A stretch of 64,000 nucleotides of DNA, taken from positions 109,988,001-110,052,000 of the forward strand of contig OX597823.1 in assembly GCA_951406725.2 (NCBI GenBank), given 5' to 3'. The position numbers and the translations under genes are program-made. Below are positions 56,213 to 64,000 of this stretch, one piece after another (the stretch's first letter is position 1; each line of letters begins with the position of its first letter). The notes under the pieces were generated by a model, which saw only the letters and a list, made by a program, of their open reading frames with translations, had not been told where the DNA came from and ran no database searches. Origin of the DNA: Octopus vulgaris. Its lineage: Eukaryota.

Positions 56213-57389
56213 ATTGGATTCAGTTGTTAGCTGTCATACACGGCAGCCGAAATCCTCTTTGAAATTCCCGAGGGAGATCTAGACATGTATCATCCTTTGG
56301 ATAGAAGGACTTTCAGAACGAAGAACTTGTCAACAATGTAGTTATGTTTCCATACAACTCAATCATTTATCGTCTTCTAAAATGTATCTCAACAATTTCA
56401 AATATTTGGAAATACGGAGACAGAGAAAAAGCTATCAGCATCACATGAACCGAGTTGTTTAAGGGTTAGCCAATTAAAAATGAGTAAATACACTTTGGAC
56501 CTTGGTTTTATCTAAATCATTTCTTCACTAATCTCCTAAAAAGCCGCAAGAATTCTGACGGGTCGACACTGGTCAGATTTCTTTCTGGGAAATTTCAGAA
56601 AATAACACATGATGTATGGCAAATGACTATCGACGCTGACGTCACATGCACATCATACACAACTAACAGTAAATCCTGATATCTCTTTCCAAGTCACTGA
56701 CATACCGATTGAAAGAAACCGTGGGCCGGGTTTGTAATTTCTATTCATTTTGAGCATATATAAGTATATATCAACCTCTACACACTTCTAAGGTTGTATA
56801 GAAAAATTTTACGATCATCTGCCATAAAACATCTAAAATATAGATAAACAGCTAGACAGACAGACAGACTGACAGACAAACAGACAGATGGATAGATATA
56901 CAGGTATATAGATATATACACACATACAGAGATAGATACGTTGATAGGCAAAGATAGAGATATATATGTAGAGAGAAAGTGTGTTTCGAAGGCTGATTGG
57001 GTGTTGGGAGAGATAATAAAACTGCTAGAATGGAGGATTAGATGGCTAAAGTGTTCTCTTGATAGAAATACCAAACATACGTTAATAATTCAAACCAATT
57101 CGAATTAATCTATCCTATTAACTGATATAAAATAAAAGTACAGTCCTGTAATTAAATAACAACAATAACAGTTCTCAGAAACCACACTCACAAGGCGTGT
57201 AACAAAAATTCATACGTACTGCCCTTTCCACTACTGTCTAAAGGATAATATAAAGTTCCTAACAAAATGTCTATATTCAGCTAGTTTCTGTGTTCGGTCA
57301 GAGGTCAGGTTTCACCCATATATGATTTGCAGGAAGCATCGAAAGTTATCCTGTCTTAATCTGATGTACATTGCAAAGTAACATTAAAT

Positions 57390-57990
57390 ATTATGAATAA
57401 ATTATAAGCTAACAGTTAAGATTTTGATATAAAATGATATTAAAAGTTAGACTACTGTAAACACCATACAAATGCATACACACACATAGCACTCACACAC
57501 ACGCACACAAACACACACATATATGTATATGCTCATGTACTTACGAGTATACTTATATTTAGAAAGAGTGCTATAATTCGGTTATTAAACAAGTTGTATT
57601 GAACATTGTTTCATAAAATATATATAATTTGTTTAAATATCGTTATATATGGTGTTTATAACCCTGTAGGAAATTAGAAACAGAGAAATATATCTCATCT
57701 TAATCAGATATAGAAATGAGAATTAACATCAAAGAATATTAATAAATTATGAACTTGCAGTAAAGATTTTGATGTAAAAAAATACGAAATGTTAAACATT
57801 TGTAAATATCAAATAGATACACGTATACATTCACATGTATACTTATAAGCACAGCTATATTGAACGCATGCATGTATATAAAGAGTGCTATAATTTAGTT
57901 ATTAAAAAGGGTGTACTGAACATTGTTTCATAAAATATATATCATTTGTTTAAATTTCATTACATATGATGTTTATAACCCGTGTAGAAG
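57390..57990 (+). repeat. Old tandem duplication (period about 320-345 bp)
   Basis: AAAGAGTGCTATAATT..GTTATTAAA...TGAACATTGTTTCATAAAATATATAT occurs at about 57563 and 57880. Confidence 0.8.
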
Positions 57991-58428
57991 AGACTGACGA
58001 CATGGTAAGGAGGTTGAAGTACGTCTTGAATATGTACAACTCCTCAATTTCATCATTGTTCACTCTACACCAACTCGTTTCACACATCCAATTTATGAGA
58101 TTAAATATCGATGGTATAAAACAATATCAGCTGAAACAAATGATGAAAAAAAAAATACTCGGTTTGCATTACACATATTTAGAATCATATATTGAATTAT
58201 GTTTCTTCAAAAAGTTTTCAACTATCTCTGCAGCAAGAAGATGTAACAATGAACTAAAAAAATAATAAAATAAAACAAAATATAAAAAAAAACTAAACTA
58301 AAATGAAATAAAGAAATATAAAAAAGCGAAGCTGAAACATATAAAGAATTAAAAAAAAAACTGACGCAAATGTTACCAAAAAATATTCACACGGAGATAA
58401 TACACATTCATGAACATATATTCACGGC

Positions 58429-58470
<42 letters not shown>

Positions 58471-58479
58471 ATAATCATG

Positions 58480-58520
<41 letters not shown>

Positions 58521-58650
58521 CACACAAGATCTAAAGAATTATTAAATATCAATGGTAATTTATGTTATTTTTTTTAACTGTCATTATTTTAATATATTTT
58601 GTTAAAGAATCTCAGTTATGTTTTGTTCTTTTAGCTTATAACATTTTCCA

Positions 58651-58956
<306 letters not shown>

Positions 58957-59222
58957 ATATTATTCAATCGAAAAACATAAATGGAGGAAATATACTAGAA
59001 TTTTATTTTATCTATATTTTATTTAGTTGTTTGGTGTTACTTTTGCGTTTATCTCAGCATGACAGGTGTCTTTCACTTCTTTGTGAGCATATTTTTTCCA
59101 CCCCTGCATCCATGTATTTCTTATTTAATTTTTTTCTATAGTGTTGATTTTGAAATTGTAAATACATATATTCACACACATTCACAAACACACATATGCA
59201 TACATATGTATACTCATAAATA

Positions 59223-59269
<47 letters not shown>

Positions 59270-59663
59270 GTATGTATGTATGTATTTATATGTGTATATA
59301 TATATGCATGTATATAAATGTATGTTGTTATATATGTGTGTTCCTCTGCGAGTGTGCATGCGCATGTCGATCGATGGTTTTATGTTGTATTTCGATAGAT
59401 AATAGAATAGGTGTTACAATTTTTAAACAACACGAGCAAAAAATACAACACATCAGTCTGAACACTCACTACAAATACACACATACACAGATATATACAT
59501 ATATACATGTATAAACATATACATGTATACATGGATATATACATATGCATAAGTATATATAAGTGCATATATATATACGTATATATATATATGTACTTAT
59601 ATATATATGTATATATAAATATGCACGTACACACAAACACACACACATATACATCTCTCTTTC

Positions 59664-59718
<55 letters not shown>

Positions 59719-60991
59719 ATTCAAAGACACTTTTACACTCACGTTCACACATTAATCGCGCCCACATTAACAGAGACACAGATATATAAGCACTGAAAAC
59801 GATATTGAAGTAAAAACAATAATGATATAAGCCTAATAAAAAAATTGATCGTATGAAAATAACAATAAAAAAATCGTATATAAAATACAAAAATGAAAGT
59901 GAAAGTAAAATTGCGAAATCATGCCTCATATATTTAAGTTCAAAATAGCTGCTACCTAGCAGATAAGCGAAATAGGAAACATGGCTTCCTCCAATAAACT
60001 ACCCGCACCCACCATTGCTTCTCTTTACCTATCTACGTTAAAGTATCTTCTGATATCTGTAAGAGAGAGGTTTCAATATTGAATGTTACCAACATAAATC
60101 TTAACCGATCGAGCGATGGAGCAACGGGTTTATCATCAACATTGTTTTTGCCTTCAATGTTCACCATCGTTTGCTTATTTCTTCACCTGTTTGTATTTTA
60201 TAGTTTTCGTTATCGACAATAACAAGAAGGAAATAAGAATTAGAAAGCAACAACAGTTCTTCTATATTGGTCACAAGGTTTACTTTATGATACAAAATAT
60301 GTCATACGGAAAGGTTACACGACATGCGCTGGTTTACACATCCAACAGATTTAGAAGGGAGAAGAAGTGTAATGCAACAGGAAAATAAGTTAACGTTTGA
60401 TATGTATCCCGTAAATATTAAACAAAGTAATTTTCTAGAACGGGATAGAATCTCACCATTGAAACGAATCATCGTACTTAACACATTTTTCACATTCTCT
60501 CCTTAAGAAATTCGTTGTTCCCTTCAGACTAAAACATGCAGGTAGACTATAATATTCAGATTTTTCTTGAGCTCCATGTTACATCCATCTTGCATCATAT
60601 TTTCCCCAGAACAGTGACATTCTTTTTCCTTCGCTTCTTAGCTCCTAGGGATACAGAAAACAAGTTAATGAAGGATTGGTTGGAGAACGTAAGGCTCAAA
60701 GTTTGACCTCAAGTCTTTTAAACTGCATCATTCAAGCGAATTCTACTCCCCTGGTAGCCATTTAGAGCAAAACTGGCTGCTCCTCCTCCTTGATAAGAAA
60801 TGAATGGTGTGTGATTATTTTACAGTGGATTCAGCCAACATCTACGTCAGTCTTAAACGTGAGAACATGTAGGTGACTTAAATCTACATATCCGCAACCC
60901 CACCCCAAAAAAACTTAAGCGCAGAGAAAAATATAGTCTATGCTACTTACCTATCCTCTATGCTAAATTTCTGGCTCTTTCTTCTCCGTTT

Positions 60992-61802
60992 TCGTTATCT
61001 GGACAAAATATGGAAGGGCTTTACGAACAGGGCAGTTAACTTCACCCCTGACATGCACTGAATAAAATTTTTACAAAATCGAGCAGAGTTGGTAAAATTA
61101 TAGTATCCAGCATCTCTTTTCCTGATGCATTACACTTTTTTCTCCCTTTTAAATTTTCGGCACTTTCTTCACTTTCTTCCTGGTTAGAAACGTCAATGAT
61201 TCCTGGAAGTAATTTATAAGCCCTGGTCCAGCACTCTACAAAACAAAGTAATAAGTTGCTTTGTTTACTTGTTGTACAGTGTCTTGTATGCCATCTACAA
61301 TCCTACTGCAAATGTAGACACTAGATCCAAACTGCATTCTCTTACTAATAAGTAATTCGTCAGCCATATAATACCCTAAATCCCAGAACCCCAATCTTGC
61401 TCTTCACCTACTTAAAGTGTTTCAGATCTAAAAAGAAAAAAATGCACCTGAAAATCGACAACCGCGCCACCTCACTGTCCAGAAATCTCCATTAGTGTTG
61501 CAGTTTCTGTGCTAGATAGCACATTACCAGTCGTAGCAGATGTTATTGGCAGAAGATGCTAGTAGAAGATGAAACTTCACACGTTCTTCTCCCTCCTAGA
61601 AAAATCGTGAGAGTAAACTATTCAATGGAGAGAGAAAAACATAACAAATAAAAAGTAACCTAGTAGATGATTACACGTACTAGAGATGCTGGACACTATA
61701 CTTTTGCCAACTCTGCTGGACCTTTTTGCGAATATTTCATTCAGTGCATGTTGGGATGAAGTTAACTGCCCTGTTCGCAATGCCCTTTCATTTCTTATCC
61801 AG
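60992..61802. mobile_element. Old element with about 120-bp inverted arms
   Basis: CGAACAGGGCAGTTAACTTCA...CATGCACTGAAT...TCCAGCATCTCT (60992-61116) is inverted at 61682-61802. Confidence 0.65.
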
Positions 61803-62179
61803 TTTGATAAAAAGGTAACTTTAAAGAACTGCTAAAGCAGAGACCCATGAACCTATGAGGTATGGATTGACATGAATTTTCTGGATCCCATCGTTGAGCT
61901 TCAGATATATACTGACCCTGCCACTACGCTAAATTTCGATATATAATATATTCCTGTTACAAATTTTCAAAGACAGTAACATTTCTCGGGCAGTAATTTT
62001 TTCTTCTTTTTCCTTATGTATTGAACTCTTTCGTTTGTTGCAAATGTCTAAAAATCAGCAATAATGAATTCGGTTTACTGTTTTGAGAGGGTTCATATTT
62101 CTTGTAAAATATATGCTATCTAAATATTTTCATTGAAATATCTGAATGTTTTATGAAAAGAAAGAGATGAGTGGTACAT

Positions 62180-62800
62180 ATTTCATTAACAATTTTCTTC
62201 TAGAATGCATGGAAGTAAGTTTAAATTTTTAATGAAAAAAAATGTCCTATGCACGATGATGTTTGGAAGCCATTTAATATGTAATAATGGATCAAATCTG
62301 AGAAAACGTATCACAACTTTCGAAACTTATTAGGTAAGAAATTAAGATCACTAGTGAGTCTCACGAATAATCATGTGTCATCTGCGACAACAAAATATCT
62401 TTATCGACTGGCACAAACACATATTTACTATCATCATATAACAATACCAGCATTTTCAAATATATAATTGTACACCAAAATCGGTGTACAATTTGTGAAG
62501 AGTTCTTCATTGATCCGACTATGGAATTGGTCGATAAACTCATAAAAGCTAAAGTAGTTGAAGGTACTAATTCTGTGTTTATAGTAAATTTTTCCATTTT
62601 GTTCATGCCACAACATATATTTATGCATATTTCGGGATGCAACATATGCGATATAATTAAGAGATTCTCTAATTTTTGCTCCAACATATTTAGATCTCAT
62701 ATTAATGTCGAACCCATTTTATCAATAAAAAAGAAACCTTCTTCTCACACAATGAATAACAGTTTGAACACTGAGGATTACTTGATATATAGCCAATTTC
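62180..62800 (-). mobile_element. IS630-Tc1 (DDE_3-type) transposase relic
   Basis: FFFIDKMG/INMRSKY.G...SRN...GKIYY....FN..SFYEFI....ILVYN follows the IFIDE.GFN..MR...FN...F..F...ILVMDN pattern. Confidence 0.6.
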
Positions 62801-63169
62801 AGTCACTGTACAATCATGATCATGATTTGAGAAAGTGATTCTCCTAACTACATTTAAAACGCTTTGGTTAATTATAATGGAGGATGAATAATACAGCTAA
62901 AAAATGCTAAATTTAAGTTTTGTGCATCTGTGTTGAAATCATCGATATCAGCACATCTTTCAACGAAATTATATATACGAATAATGTCTCGAAGTTTTCC
63001 TTCTGTGTGAACGTTCATTGGTGGCTTTCTGTCAGATGGTCGTATCGTTGTGTCTACTGATAGAGGAAAGGACGTGTTTCCTATCGCATTCCTGAAAACC
63101 CATCCCTGACACAACCGTTCGATCCTCACTATTATCTGCACGATAGAAAGAAAAGAGGGTGGGAAGGGT

Positions 63170-63367
63170 GGGAAGGAAGGAAGGAAGGAAAGAAGGAAGG
63201 AAGGAAAGAAGAAGAAGAAGAAGAAGAAGAAGAAGAAGAAGAAGAAGAAGAAGAAGAAGAAGAAGAAGAAGAAGAATTGCGCGTCCATAGAACCCGTTCT
63301 TGAAATTGGCTGACAATTCAAGCAGAATTAAAAGTCACTGTAGCAACCACGGCAACAGCACCTACAG

Positions 63368-63407
<40 letters not shown>

Positions 63408-63411
63408 AACA

Positions 63412-63509
<98 letters not shown>

Positions 63510-63562
63510 AACAACTACTACTACTACTACTGCTACTGCTGCTACTACTGCTGCTGCTGCTG
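63170..63562. repeat. (GGAA)n(GAA)n and (CTA)n/(CTG)n microsatellites
   Basis: Direct reading. Confidence 0.95.
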
Positions 63563-63933
63563 CACTACTGCTGTTACTTCAGCTTCTTGTACTTCTCCTT
63601 CTTGTACTTCCTCTTCTGCGAGGACTGTATATGAGCATGATGTATAATTGATCGTAATGTACAAAGAAAGGCTCAAAAAGTACCCATGATCGCTGATATT
63701 CAACTATTTACACTCGACTCACTCATAATCGACGATAAAAGGTGGTTTATACGGCTCAGTTTTTAAACAGGCATTAGTGTGGCTGTTAGGTCTGTTATAT
63801 ACATAAAGCTCAGCTTTATAAATCTGAACTAATAGCTACATCTAAAACACACAACTCATAATGGTAGCTAAAAATCTGAAAATTGTCAGGTCCGAATTCA
63901 TGTATTATCTTTCAGAAGCATTACCGACTTTGT

Positions 63934-63975
<42 letters not shown>

Positions 63976-64000
63976 TGTTGTGTCAGGGGAGAGTAAATAA

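Overview
AT-rich, microsatellite-saturated eukaryotic genomic DNA, most likely intergenic or intronic. The SINE families and repeat landscape resemble those of octopus (inference). No host protein-coding gene is supported: most listed ORFs are translations of microsatellites or SINEs, and the rest are decayed transposon fragments. The window is a mosaic of four or more tRNA-derived SINE families, decayed LINEs (R4/Dong, RTE, L1/Tx1), a Penelope-like (PLE) GIY-YIG remnant, Tc1/mariner, IS630-Tc1 and piggyBac relics, and inverted-repeat elements. The most notable signal is about 13 minimal type-I hammerhead-ribozyme-like motifs. They belong to several short PLE/retrozyme-like families, mostly beside (TA)n tracts. 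They include a compensatory G3-C8 core variant, family-conserved non-canonical cores, a palindromic insertion with a 13-bp TSD, and a chimera of a tRNA (Pol III) head, (AAT)n and a hammerhead. All folds and alignments were read by eye, and no ribozyme activity is demonstrated.
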